64,000 nt of DNA from Narcine bancroftii (lineage: Eukaryota). Shown in pieces: positions 39,258 to 50,519 of the stretch. The notes under the pieces are model-generated. The model searched no databases. It was not told the origin of the DNA and was given only the letters and a program-made list of their open reading frames with translations. The position numbers were made by a program, and so were the translations under genes. How positions within the stretch are numbered: position 1 is the first letter of the stretch; every line of letters begins with the position of its first letter. The DNA lies in contig NC_091482.1 in NCBI RefSeq assembly GCF_036971445.1, forward strand, positions 61,690,001 through 61,754,000, in the 5' to 3' direction.

Positions 39258-39980
39258 GAGAGGAGAGGAGAGGGGAGGGGAGGATGGGACAGGACAGGAC
39301 AGGGGGGGAGAGGAAAGGAGAGGAGGGAGAGAGGGGAGAGGAGGAGAGAGGGGGGAGGAGGAGAGAGGGGGGAGGAGGAGAGAGGGGGGAGGAGGAGAGA
39401 GGGGGGAGGAGGAGAGAGGGGAGAGGAGGGGGGAGAGGAGAGGAGAGGAGGGGAGAGGAGGAGAGAGGGGGGAGGAGGAGAGAGGGGGGAGGAGGAGAGA
39501 GGGGGGAGGAGGAGAGAGGGGGGAGGAGGAGAGAGGGGGGAGGAGGAGAGAGGGGGAGGAGGAGAGAGGGGGGAGGAGGAGAGAGGGGGGAGGAGGAGAG
39601 AGGGGGAGGAGGAGAGAGGGGGAGGAGGAGAGAGGGGGGAGGAGGAGAGAGGGGGGAGGAGGAGAGAGGGGGGAGGAGGAGAGAGGGGGGAGGAGGAGAG
39701 AGGGGGAGGAGGAGAGAGGGGGAGGAGGAGAGGGGGAGGAGAGGGGGAGGAGGAGAGAGGGGGGAGGAGGAGAGAGGGGGGAGGAGGAGAGAGGGGGAGG
39801 AGGAGAGAGGGGGGAGGAGGAGAGAGGGGGGAGGAGAGAGGGGGGAGGAGGAGAGAGGGGGGAGGAGGAGAGAGGGGGGAGGAGGAGAGAGGGGGAGGAG
39901 GAGGGAGGGGGGAGGAGGAGGGAGGGGGGAGGAGGAGGGAGGGGGGAGGAGGAGGGAGGGGGGAGGAGGAGGGAGGGGGG
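39258..39980. repeat. polypurine array (GGAGGAGAGAGGGG)n, ZWILCH intron 1, running into an assembly gap
   Basis: Read directly. Confidence 0.95.
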
Positions 39981-40153
39981 NNNNNNNNNNNNNNNNNNNN
40001 NNNNNNNNNNNNNNNNNNNNNNNNNNNNNNNNNNNNNNNNNNNNNNNNNNNNNNNNNNNNNNNNNNNNNNNNNNNNNNNNNNNNNNNNNNNNNNNNNNNN
40101 NNNNNNNNNNNNNNNNNNNNNNNNNNNNNNNNNNNNNNNNNNNNNNNNNNNNN
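39981..40153. other. assembly gap (173 N)
   Basis: Run of N. Confidence 1.
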
Positions 40154-40258
40154 TGAGGTGATAGTGGAGGGGAGACAGTTCTTTGAATGGAGAGATAATA
40201 CTGTACATAATGCCTGATATTGGCAAAAGATAAATACCTCAATAATCACGAGTCTTTT

Positions 40259-40282
40259 GTGTGTGTGTGTGTGTGTGTGTGT
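40259..40282. repeat. (GT)n microsatellite
   Basis: Read directly. Confidence 0.9.
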
Positions 40283-40976
40283 ATATTCATGTAGATATAT
40301 TTATAAAAGAACACACCTTGGATGAAGTTGAATGTATTAGGTTAATTAAATGCAGAATACTTTTCTCAGTCAAACTGAGGCAATGAGACAAGCATTTCAT
40401 TTTAGGTCTATATTTAAAGAGTCATTCAAGTTATTTAAAATGTTGTTACATCATTCCTGTATTTCTATTTTACATATTATAAAATGTAGCAGAGTTGTCG
40501 TTACTGTTCTTTTTGTACACCCAGTAAAAGGTAGAGTTTTCCCCATCCTGCCCCTCTTTCCAGCTTTGCTGAGAAAGCTGTGAAACGAAATTCTCATAAA
40601 AGTTTAAACTTAGAACATCAGATTCAATCCTTGATTACATTTACTAATTAGATTTGCTGCACATTTGACAAATTTTCTATTTTAACTGCTACAATGACAG
40701 TTTGGGAATGCTGCTCTGCAGTATCCAACAATGTTGTTGGATGATAGGATATGATTGTCTGTTTTCTTGCCCAGTTGTTAAGTGTATGTCTTTTTTTTTT
40801 AACTAAATCTGAGTGCCCTTAAGTTTTCCAACAAGACTTTAATTCATTGTTTCATTATCTAAGGCAGATAGATTGGCCATGTATTTCTAATTTTCTTTTA
40901 AGATTCCTAATCTTTTATTCATAAAATTTAAAAGGATAACTTTGCTTTAGATACATGTTTTATTTTGTTGTGATTA

Positions 40977-42507
40977 GATTCCGCGCTAGGCATGACCCTG
41001 GTGTGGAGCACATCTCGTTTGTCACTTTCTCGCACCAGGATGTAGTCCAGGAGGTGCCAGTGTTTGGATCGGGGATGCATCCAGGTGGTCTTAAGGCTGT
41101 CCCTCTGCTGAAAAAGGGTGTTTGTAATGACAAGCCGCTGTTCTGCGCAGAGCTCCAACAGGAGGCGCCCATTGTCGTTGCACTTGCCGACGCCATGCTT
41201 TGGCAAATACTAGAGCGCATCGGATGTCCCCCAAAGTTCCTCAACATGATTATCCAACTGCACGAAAACCAACAAGGTCGGGTCAGATACAGCAATGAGC
41301 TCTCTGAACCCTTCTCCATTACCAATGGCGTGAAGCAAGGCTGTGTTCTCGCACCAACCCTCTTTTCAATCTTCTTCAGCATGATGCTGAACCAAGCCAT
41401 GAAAGACCCCAACAATGAAGACGCTGTTTACATCCGGTACCGCAGTCTCTTCAATCTGAGGCGCCTGCAAGCTCACACCAAGACACAAGAGAAACTTGTC
41501 CGTGAACTACTCTTTGCAGACGATGCCGCTTTAGTTGCCCATTCAGAGCCAGCTCTTCAGCGCTTGACGTCCTGCTTTGCGGAAACTGCCAAAATGTTTG
41601 GCCTGGAAGTCAGCCTGAAGAAAACTGAGGTCCTCCATCAGCCAGCTCCCCACCATGACTACCAGCCCCCCCACATCTCCATCGGGCACACAAAACTCAA
41701 AACGGTCAACCAGTTTACCTATCTCGGCTGCACCATTTCATCAGATACAAGGATCGACAATGAGATAGACAACAGACTCGCCAAGGCAAATAGCGCCTTT
41801 GGAAGACTACACAAAAGAGTCTGGAAAAACAACCAACTGAAAAACCTCACAAAGATAAGCGTATACAGAGCCGTTGTCATACCCACACTCCTGTTCGGCT
41901 CCGAATCATGGGTCCTCTACCGGCATCACCTACGGCTCCTCGAACGCTTCCACCAGCGTTGTCTCTGCTCCATCCTCAACATCCATTGGAGCGCTTTCAT
42001 CCCTAACGTCGAAGTACTCGAGATGGCAGAGGTCGACAGCATCGAGTCCACGCTGCTGAAGATCCAGCTGCGCTGGATGGGTCACGTCTCCAGAATGGAG
42101 GACCATCGCCTTCCCAAGATCGTGTTATATGGCGAGCTCTCCACTGGCCACCGTGACAGAGGTGCACCAAAGAAAAGGTACAAGGACTGCCTAAAGAAAT
42201 CTCTTGGTGCCTGCCCCATTGACCACCGCCAGTGGGCTGATATCGCCTCAAACCGTGCATCTTGGCGCCTCACAGTTTGGCGGGCAGCAACCTCCTTTGA
42301 AGAAGACCGCAGAGCCCACCTCACTGACAAAAGGCAAAGGAGGAAAAACCCAACACCCAACCCCAACCAACCAATTTTCCGCTGCAACCGTGTCTGCCTG
42401 TCCCGCATCGGACTTGTCAGCCACAAACGAGCCTGCAGCTGACGTGGACTTTTACCCCCTCCATAAATCTTCGTCCGCGAAGCCAAGCCAAAGAAAGAGA
42501 AAGAAAG
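40977..42507 (+). mobile_element. RTE-clade LINE, 5'-truncated with inverted 5' segment
   Basis: Open RT frame 41197-42442 (GVKQGCVLAP, LLFADD, FTYLG); 40977-41200 encodes the endonuclease C-terminus on the - strand (TWMHPRSKHWHLLDYILV); (GAAA)n tail. Confidence 0.92.
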
Positions 42508-42520
42508 ATATAATGGTAAC

Positions 42521-42522
<2 letters not shown>

Positions 42523-42554
<32 letters not shown>
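42523..42554. repeat. (GT)n microsatellite
   Basis: Read directly. Confidence 0.9.
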
Positions 42555-42555
<1 letters not shown>

Positions 42556-42708
42556 TCCATACTTCTGTGTTCTGGAAATATATGATTATCTTAATTCTAA
42601 AATATCAAGCTTTTTCCATTAAAACATCATAAATAAAATTTGGCACCTTTATGCATGATCATTGCTGCAGTCTGATTGTGTGTTTCAATATATTTATTTT
42701 CTTTCCAG

Positions 42709-42760
42709 GCTTTGTGACCAAGAAAAGAAAGGAATGTTTACCAACCCTGTGGTTTTTGAG
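42709..42760 (+). CDS. ZWILCH: ZWILCH exon 2 (LCDQEKKGMFTNPVVFE)
   Basis: ccag| ... GAG|GTAATG. Confidence 0.85.
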
Positions 42761-43873
42761 GTAATGTGTTTATAAAGATGAATTTCTTTGTTGCCCCTCT
42801 TCCTCTGAATTGCAGTTCCTGTTCTTTTGCTACCTGTTTAGAGTCTCTACCAATTCTTTTTCCTGCTTTTTCTCTTAATGATCATTTTCAGCCTCTGCTG
42901 TTTGCTATTTACATGCTACTAATTGATGAGTTCAGCTTCAGTGCTCAATTCTAACTTTGTTTACTCCCTTGAATCCTTTGAACTGTCAGATTGCTTTGGA
43001 AATGGACCAGTATGATTACCACAGATTTTTATCAGTCATTTTCAACCTATGGCCATCCTAGGACTCTGCTCAAAGTTTATGGAAGTAGTCAAGTTTACTT
43101 GGTTTCTTCAGTACTTCTCTCCTTCCATAAAAAACATTTAAAAAGTTGAATTCAGTCCCCATTAAATGTGCTGTTGACCCTCTTTGAGAATGGCTGGTCT
43201 AACTAGAATTTTTAACAAACAGTATTATAGGACTGTAATGCTTCTAGAAGGCAGTGTATCAGTGGCTTCTCGAGGGCAAAAGGAATGGGCAATTAATGCT
43301 TGTCAGCAAAATCCAGATTCTGAAAATCAAATAGCTAAATGAATAAATTAAATAAAACTAGGTAGGAAGGTAAGCTCTGAGAAGGACACAACTAAACTGC
43401 ACAATAAATATATGTAGGTTAAATGAGTGCACACTACAGTGGCGAATAGTGTATTAAATGGAGAAATATGAAGTTAATGTAAAAGTAGGAAAGCAGCCTA
43501 TATGAGGAGGCAAACAATAAGCTGCTGCAGGAACACAGCAGGTCAGGCAACAACCAAGGCAATTATCTCATGATTTCCAAGGAGGCAGTGTGGTTGAAAT
43601 TAAGATCACATTATAGCTACAAATTGTCCAGGTGCATTTCCTGTTCTTCAATGCTGCCATGCATCAAATTAGTATTAACAAGGTGTGCAATTGCATCCTT
43701 ATCTGCTACCCATCAATATAATTATGTTTTCAATTGTTAAAGGGTAGGTTAGATCTTATTTTTCATGTTTTACATTAGTTACTACAGGTTTTAAGTACTT
43801 TGTGGGTTATAAGGTCCTTTGGGGTGTTCAGAAATTACATAGAGCTCAGTTTTTTTCTTTCTTTGTCTTGTAG

Positions 43874-43969
43874 GATGATGTCCAAGTATATCTTGTAGAT
43901 GAACTGAATAAAAATCCCTTGCATGCATTCTGGAAGGAGAATGCATCAGTGTTCATCGCAGAAAGGGCA
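43874..43969 (+). CDS. ZWILCH: ZWILCH exon 3 (DDVQVYLVDELNKNPL...VFIAERA)
   Basis: tag| ... |GTAAGT. Confidence 0.88.
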
Positions 43970-44827
43970 GTAAGTATATAAATTATAGTTTTGTATTAAA
44001 TTATTCAAGCACCTTTAGAGGAATACTGAAGTATGATTTCAAGAACTTTGGTTTCTTGATGCTCCAAATTAGAGCAGGTGGACTTTTCTGAATTGCTTCA
44101 TATCAAAATTAAAGCAGCAATGATTTACATAAAAACTGTCTTCCAATTATCCTTTATTTTGAGTTCTATACTTATTTTTGAAATTTTCTGCTATTTTAGG
44201 ATATGTTTTCAATCATTTATCCATGTCTCTACCTCATTGAAGTGCTAGTTTATGAAATGTTACATCAACTTTCAGAGAAAAAATTAACTGTTTTTGCATT
44301 ATGATCTCTTCTAACTGCTTATGGGGAGAAATTAATCACAAAATGTAATTACAACTATTAGAGATGAGATTTATTTAATAAAAGTTTTTAAAATTTGAAT
44401 AGTTTGAGTTTAGTTTTCAGGCATTTAAAATATAAACTCTACAGTGGATTGTTTGCATTGTGTGATAAAGATCCTTAGAAAATTCCAAGTTGATGAATTG
44501 CTACATTTTATATGGGGAAAAGCTGGGACTGTAGAATTAAACCTAGTATTAGCTTTATTCTGGGGTTATAAATTGGCTGAGCTTCGAGTTGCTGGTTGTC
44601 GTCTGGAAACTGCATCTGGATTGGACTAGGCTCTGGTTTGTCCCTACAGTTCCTACTTGGCTATTTAGGGTCATGCTTGAAGAAAGAGTTTGGTATTTCT
44701 GAATCTTTAGATGAAGTTTTATTTCAAACGCATGATACTTTTCTGATACACAGGCAGCAGAGCTACAAGATTTTTAAAAATTCTCTTCAGTTGGTTGGTC
44801 TGACTAGAGGTGCTCTTTTTCACATAG

Positions 44828-44943
44828 CCTCCCAAAGAACATGAGGACAGCGTGGACGACTCTTTTAATAATGAAACCAGCCAGCCAACATCTAGCAAGT
44901 TAGAAGATGTGGGCCCTTTGCCTCTTTCGGTCATGAAAGCAAG
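44828..44943 (+). CDS. ZWILCH: ZWILCH exon 4 (PPKEHEDS...DVGPLPLSVMKAR)
   Basis: tag| ... AG|GTAAAA. Confidence 0.85.
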
Positions 44944-46074
44944 GTAAAAGCAAAGCAATTACAATGGAAATTAATTAAAAGAATTGGAATCTTAATCTCT
45001 TTGTTCACAGTTTGCAGAAATGCTGTTTATTTCTCAGATTCACCTTCATAAAGATCATGTTCAAAGGCAAAAATAAGTCATCGTGTGCTCCCTCTGTCCA
45101 TTTTTATGGAATAAATGTTCCTTTATTTTGTCCCATTTCTTGAACTGGCACAAGAATTGTACGCATGTTATGAAAATATAATGGTAATGGAGTTGAGATT
45201 CTTTCTATCAGGTAATGATAGCTAATTTGTATGTAAGGATTTAATTGCATCTCTTGAATGGGGACAATTATATCAAAGATCTGAAATTGCTTTTCATTGG
45301 TACTACTGATGGCGACATCCTTTAGGATGAACATTTCTACATGTTTCTGTGTGAATCCGTCTACAAAGTTATTTCTTGCTGAGTTAGTAGTATGATAGAA
45401 CATTGTGTTGGAAGAAAGAAAGACAATCTTTTTATGCTTGACCTGAGATGCCTTTGCTCAACAAGGACTAGGTAACTTACAGGACTAGAGTCCAATTGTT
45501 TCTGTGGGGTGACACAAAAATTTGCCTTAATAGTTTTTATCTTGCATAAGGTGTAAATGTATCTTTTGGCCGAGTGCTAAGTACTTGTCATGAAAATAAT
45601 AATCCAAGTAAATTACATTTGCTCAAAATGACAAAAAAAGGGAGAATTAAATCACAGGAGGTAAAATGCTTGCACGCACAATTGTAAATAAAGTTGTTTA
45701 AAGAAACGCACTATTTTGCACATTTCATTGATCTTGCATCTCCCTGAGGAAGCTTTGTCTTGTGAAACCAAAGATTAAAGATTCAGGATTGCAGCATTAA
45801 TCCTGCAAAGTGCAAACTATTTTAAAAGTAAAACAGAAAAATCTGTAGACATTAGGGTTGAAGTAAAAACACAATGCTGGATAAACTCAGCAGGTCAAAT
45901 GGTGTCTTTTCTATATCAAAGGTAGAAATACACAACTGACGTTTCAAACTCAAAAATAGCAGAGGTCATGAGAAATCAAAATGATTTCTTGATTTCTGTA
46001 ACTAAATCCCAGTTCACCTCTCATTAGTTTGTTGCTATCCATAAGGTTACTCCATTTCTTTTTCGTCCTCACAG

Positions 46075-46274
46075 GCAGCTAGTTTCCTGGTATGCCTTGG
46101 CCCATAATCCGCACATGTCACAGATGATCGGATGCAGCATGCCTACTGCACTTCCTGTCCTTTGGGTTAGATGTGATGGCTCTGACTCGGAAGGCACTGT
46201 TTGGTTTGGAGCTGAACCTGTTAAAACTGGGAAAGAGGTTACGTCGATGGTTTTCCATGTCGTCACCTGCACTG
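46075..46274 (+). CDS. ZWILCH: ZWILCH exon 5 (QLVSWYALAHNP...LWVRCDGSD...VVTCT)
   Basis: acag| ... G|GTGAGA. Confidence 0.93.
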
Positions 46275-47140
46275 GTGAGATGTCATAATAGTTTAAATAA
46301 TAGTGTTAAATGTTAGCAGAGGGGTAATTGAAGCCTAACAAACTCAAATTAATAAAAATGGAACCACTACAAGAACTGAAGAAAATAAGAGCAGGAGTTG
46401 TCTACCTGGCCTTTCAAAGTTGCTCCACCATTCAGTTGATCTACTCCAAGTGTCAATTCCTTCTTTGTGCCAGATCTCCAAGTCTTTCACGAATTTATCT
46501 GCCTACACTATAAATATTTATAATGAGTTACCTGATAGCTCTCTATACCAGAGAATTCCAGGAATATATCGCTCTCAAAAAAAAGAAATTTCTGCATGCC
46601 ATGTTTTTAAATGATTGATTCCTTATCTTCAAACCATATATCCTCTTAGACCTTGTGAAAGCATCCCATCACTTATCCTGCCATGATCCCTCAGGATGTT
46701 ACATGTTGAAATAAGATCATCCTTTATTCTTCTAAACTCCAAAGAATACAAACAGAACAAGACAATCCTCTCCAAACATGAATTAGCCTTTTGGACCAAC
46801 TCAAATGCTACTACTGTATTTTTTTTCCTCTCCTACGTACCTGCTGAAATGCCACGTATTCAACAACTTGCCTCCACTAGAGTATTACATGTGAACTTAA
46901 TTTATACTGTGATAGGCTCATTAAGGCAGAGAAAGTGGCCATTCATTTAATATAGTTCTTGAACTTGATAATAGGAGGGTAAATTTGATTTGTGGTAATT
47001 CATGTTAACTATAAAATATATTTTATTTTTTTAACTAATTGAAATTGTTGTACAAATGTATTCCAATTTTATTTAACATTTAGGTTTATAGTGAATAAAG
47101 TATAGACCTGTTTGAGTTGACTAATTCCTCATTCATCCAG

Positions 47141-47220
47141 GACCAATTGTTGACAAGAGCAGTTTCACAACCTTGGAAAGATTGAAAGCAGCCCATAAGG
47201 ACAGACATCTTTGTTCTGCC
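47141..47220 (+). CDS. ZWILCH: ZWILCH exon 6 (PIVDKSSFTTLERLKAAHKDRHLCSA)
   Basis: ccag| ... |GTAGGT. Confidence 0.88.
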
Positions 47221-47879
47221 GTAGGTTTTTATTTTCTCCCTTATTCACTATAAATACCTTTGATAAAGCGTAAGAATAGAAAATGTTGAATATTGTATTA
47301 ACATCCAAAAGAGAAGTTAAGTGTCTGTACAAAATCTTTGTTGTAAAACTCTTTGCGGGTTTTGACCAAGATAATGTACTTGGTACCTGATTAGAATGCT
47401 CAGATCTGCCACTTCTTCTGTGGTGATAAATTGATGTGATCTTTTAATGTGGTCAATGATCTGAAATGATAAGATATTTTCCCTTCCTGACATGCTGCTT
47501 GATGTCCTGAGCTTTCCAGCATTTTTGGTTTCTTTATTATTTACCTATCCAGATTTTGCAGTATTTTCCTTTTTTGGTGATTTTTTTTTGCTGTAAGCGT
47601 AAGTAAACATGCTTAGATGAAGTGAATTATAAATGGCATTTCAGGCACATCTTTCACAGACTCTGGACAAACCGAAGATCTTCAAGGACAATTAAGCTGT
47701 TTTTGCTGTTCAGCGTGAGAAACTGATCTGCACAGGGCATGTCCTCTCAAACTGACTGCCTGACAGCAGTGACTGTACTTGACAATTTCATCATTTGTAA
47801 ATGGATTTGAAGTTTAAGCTTGAGACAGATACTGATTGACTGGAAGTGTCTCTTTATGTATGTGCTAATTGTGATGCAG

Positions 47880-48035
47880 GTATCGACCAAAGGCTATGCA
47901 CACTTCGACTTGTTTGGTGCCTCCTTAATTGATAGTACAATCATTGAGCCACAGAGTAACATTATGGTAGATTTCACTTGGAACAATGTGGAGAAAATCT
48001 TAGAAATCCCTCCGCTTACATCGGTTACCACCCTG
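47880..48035 (+). CDS. ZWILCH: ZWILCH exon 7 (VSTKGYAHFDLF...EIPPLTSVTTL)
   Basis: gcag| ... CTG|GTAAGT. Confidence 0.93.
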
Positions 48036-50048
48036 GTAAGTGAAACAAAGGTTTTCTATCTTTTTTTTAAGAATGAAATAAATTAATAAATAAAATTTTC
48101 ACAAATAGCATGAGAATAGGTAGGTGAAGGTGCAGAACAGTGTATTTTGCATTTGGGAAGTTCTATTTCCTTGCCATATTTTGCTGTTTTGCTTAATGGC
48201 TGACTCAACCATATTATGTAGTGCAAGGCCTTCAGCCAATAGGAAATTGTTGAGCGTGATGCTTGGTACACTGCTGCAGTTCGTCTATTCAGTGTGTAAT
48301 TATTTTTGTAAACTCATTCTCAACATGCTTGGCTAAAGATATTGGCTACCAATTATTTTGGAGCATGCAAAATTTTATCCTGTGAATAATAGTTTCCAGG
48401 TTGGTCCAGAAGACTGCAGGCTGAAATTTTTGCTGGGATTTCCATATGCATGGCCCGTGAATGCTGGCCACATGTACTGACGTCCACAGTTGCTGCCTAA
48501 CTCATTGAGTTCTTCCAACAATTTATTCTTTCGCTCCTGATTCCAGCATCTGCATCTTTGGTATAACTCAGTTTTGCTGCTTCACTGTGAATTCTCTTCA
48601 AGATGTATCCACTTTGAAGACGTTTCCCCTTAACTATGATGGAAGTATTGTGAAACCTTTCTCATTGCTACTACTAGAATCGTAGACTTGGGCATCTCTG
48701 GACTTTGTTTCTTCCATAGGCAATTGGGTGGTCATTGCTGGTTCTAGCTCTTGACCTCTTGGAGGATAAGCTGGCTGAAGTCCTTATTAAGTTTGGGAGC
48801 AAAATGAGTGTGGAATGGGAGGAATGAAATGATTTCTTTTTAAAAGAAAACCCATTTTATAACATAGTCTTTGGGACCATTTGTAACAGTACCACATTTT
48901 ACCCAGTAGATGTCAAACTGAAGCTTAGTTTAAGACAGTTGTGATTTCCATTTGGGATTTTATAATATTTCCTTGTATAATAAAATCCTATATAATGAGC
49001 AAATATCCTTATCAATGTTTCTCTCCTTTTGCTGCTGTTACGTACTAGATCAGCTGCAATGGAAATGTACCACACACATTTGTATTTTCAAAAACAATAA
49101 TTTTTATTATTAATTATTAACAACACTTCTTAACTCTTAAATTAATTTAAACTTAATTTTGAAAAGATGATTTTAAAGTTCAATCTCAGAAAGCTTTTGT
49201 GTTGAAACAGTCTTTACTGCTGTTTAAAAGCAATTATGGAGTAAGTATGAGACATCAGATTTCTTTAAATTGTTGCTCAAAAGCAATTGTGAAGTATTTT
49301 GAAACATCAAGTTATCAGACTTCTTTAAAACTTGCACATTTCTTGTAGAGTTGTGTTCAGAGCAATGTTTCTTTATACGAGTGATTTTTTTTTTCCTTCT
49401 CTTGAATGGAAATTTTGGAATCTGTGTTCCACTCGATGAATCTGTCCTCTTTTCAAAGAGACAGCGAAGTGGCTAAATTCTTCAAAAACCACTTTTCATA
49501 AGGAGAACATAAGTATTCTTGTTACTGCATTTCAATCCTGTGTGACTTATGGGATGGCCAAGCCCCTCAATCCTGTGTTATTTACAGGTTGGCCAGGCAT
49601 TTTCTGGTATCAAAATGTCTCTGTTTTCAGTAATGTATCTCATCACATGACATGTAACATAATTTCTGTCTTTTAAGTTCATAATACCTTCTTCAGAAGT
49701 ATGAATCATGAGCCAGTGGACTCTCGCTTGTCTGTGAGCATAGCCAGCAGAATGGCAGTGTGTGTACACAGCTGCTATTGAGCAAACACCTATTGTTTTG
49801 AGTTCTCAATGGAGAGTGGTCAAAAGACTTTTATGACCGTTTGCAGTTTTGAATTAGCAGTCTTTTTAAGCAACCAGGTTTCGAGTAGAAAAATTACTCA
49901 TCAGACTTTATGACTTTCAAAATGGTTTCTCGGTAAGTATCTGTGTAAATATGCCCCTGTCCAAACAAAAATATTTACTAAAAATATATAAGATTTTGAG
50001 TTTAAAGATTAATAACACAAATCTATTACAACTGCAAACCATTAATGT

Positions 50049-50122
50049 CTTCTTTGGCTTGGCTTCGCGGACGAAGATTTATGGAGGGGGTAAAAGTCCA
50101 CGTCAGCTGCAGGCTCGATTGT
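50049..50122 (-). mobile_element. 74-bp 3' stub of the same RTE family
   Basis: Near-identical to about 42423-42496; 13-bp TSD AAACCATTAATGT (50036-50048, 50123-50135). Confidence 0.92.
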
Positions 50123-50301
50123 AAACCATTAATGTAATGACATTGATATTGTAATGACTTTTGTAACAGTTTTTACAATAATTTCCAGAAGTACATTCCT
50201 TCATAGTGTTATTCAATTGTTACTCTTAATAACAACTATTAGAGAAGGTTTGTTCTCATCATTTATTGTTTCTCTTTTCCTTTTACCTTCGATTTGTTTA
50301 G

Positions 50302-50373
50302 AATATAAAAGTGGAACCTGGAGATCCAAGAAATCCTGCTTTTCAAACATATAAGGAGTTAGAATTTCTCCTT
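50302..50373 (+). CDS. ZWILCH: ZWILCH exon 8 (NIKVEPGDPRNPAFQTYKELEFLL)
   Basis: ttag| ... |GTAAGT. Confidence 0.93.
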
Positions 50374-50519
50374 GTAAGTGTTTCAAGTAGCCATTGAGAT
50401 CATTGTGTTCATGTGATTTTTTTTAAGAGCAGAATTGATTTGTTCTGATGAATTGCATCTTGAAAGTATTTCTTATTTTTACCAAATAATTTGGAATATT
50501 TACCTGTCATGCTACATTT

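Noticed and set aside
39065-40249. 300-376 aa ORFs in all six frames
   Set aside because: Artefacts of a stop-free G/A repeat plus the N gap; only 39185-39237 is plausibly coding
40955-42442. 495-aa ORF as a host or domesticated gene
   Set aside because: RTE reverse transcriptase whose N-terminal 80 aa are the antisense reading of the inverted segment; the RT N-terminus is missing
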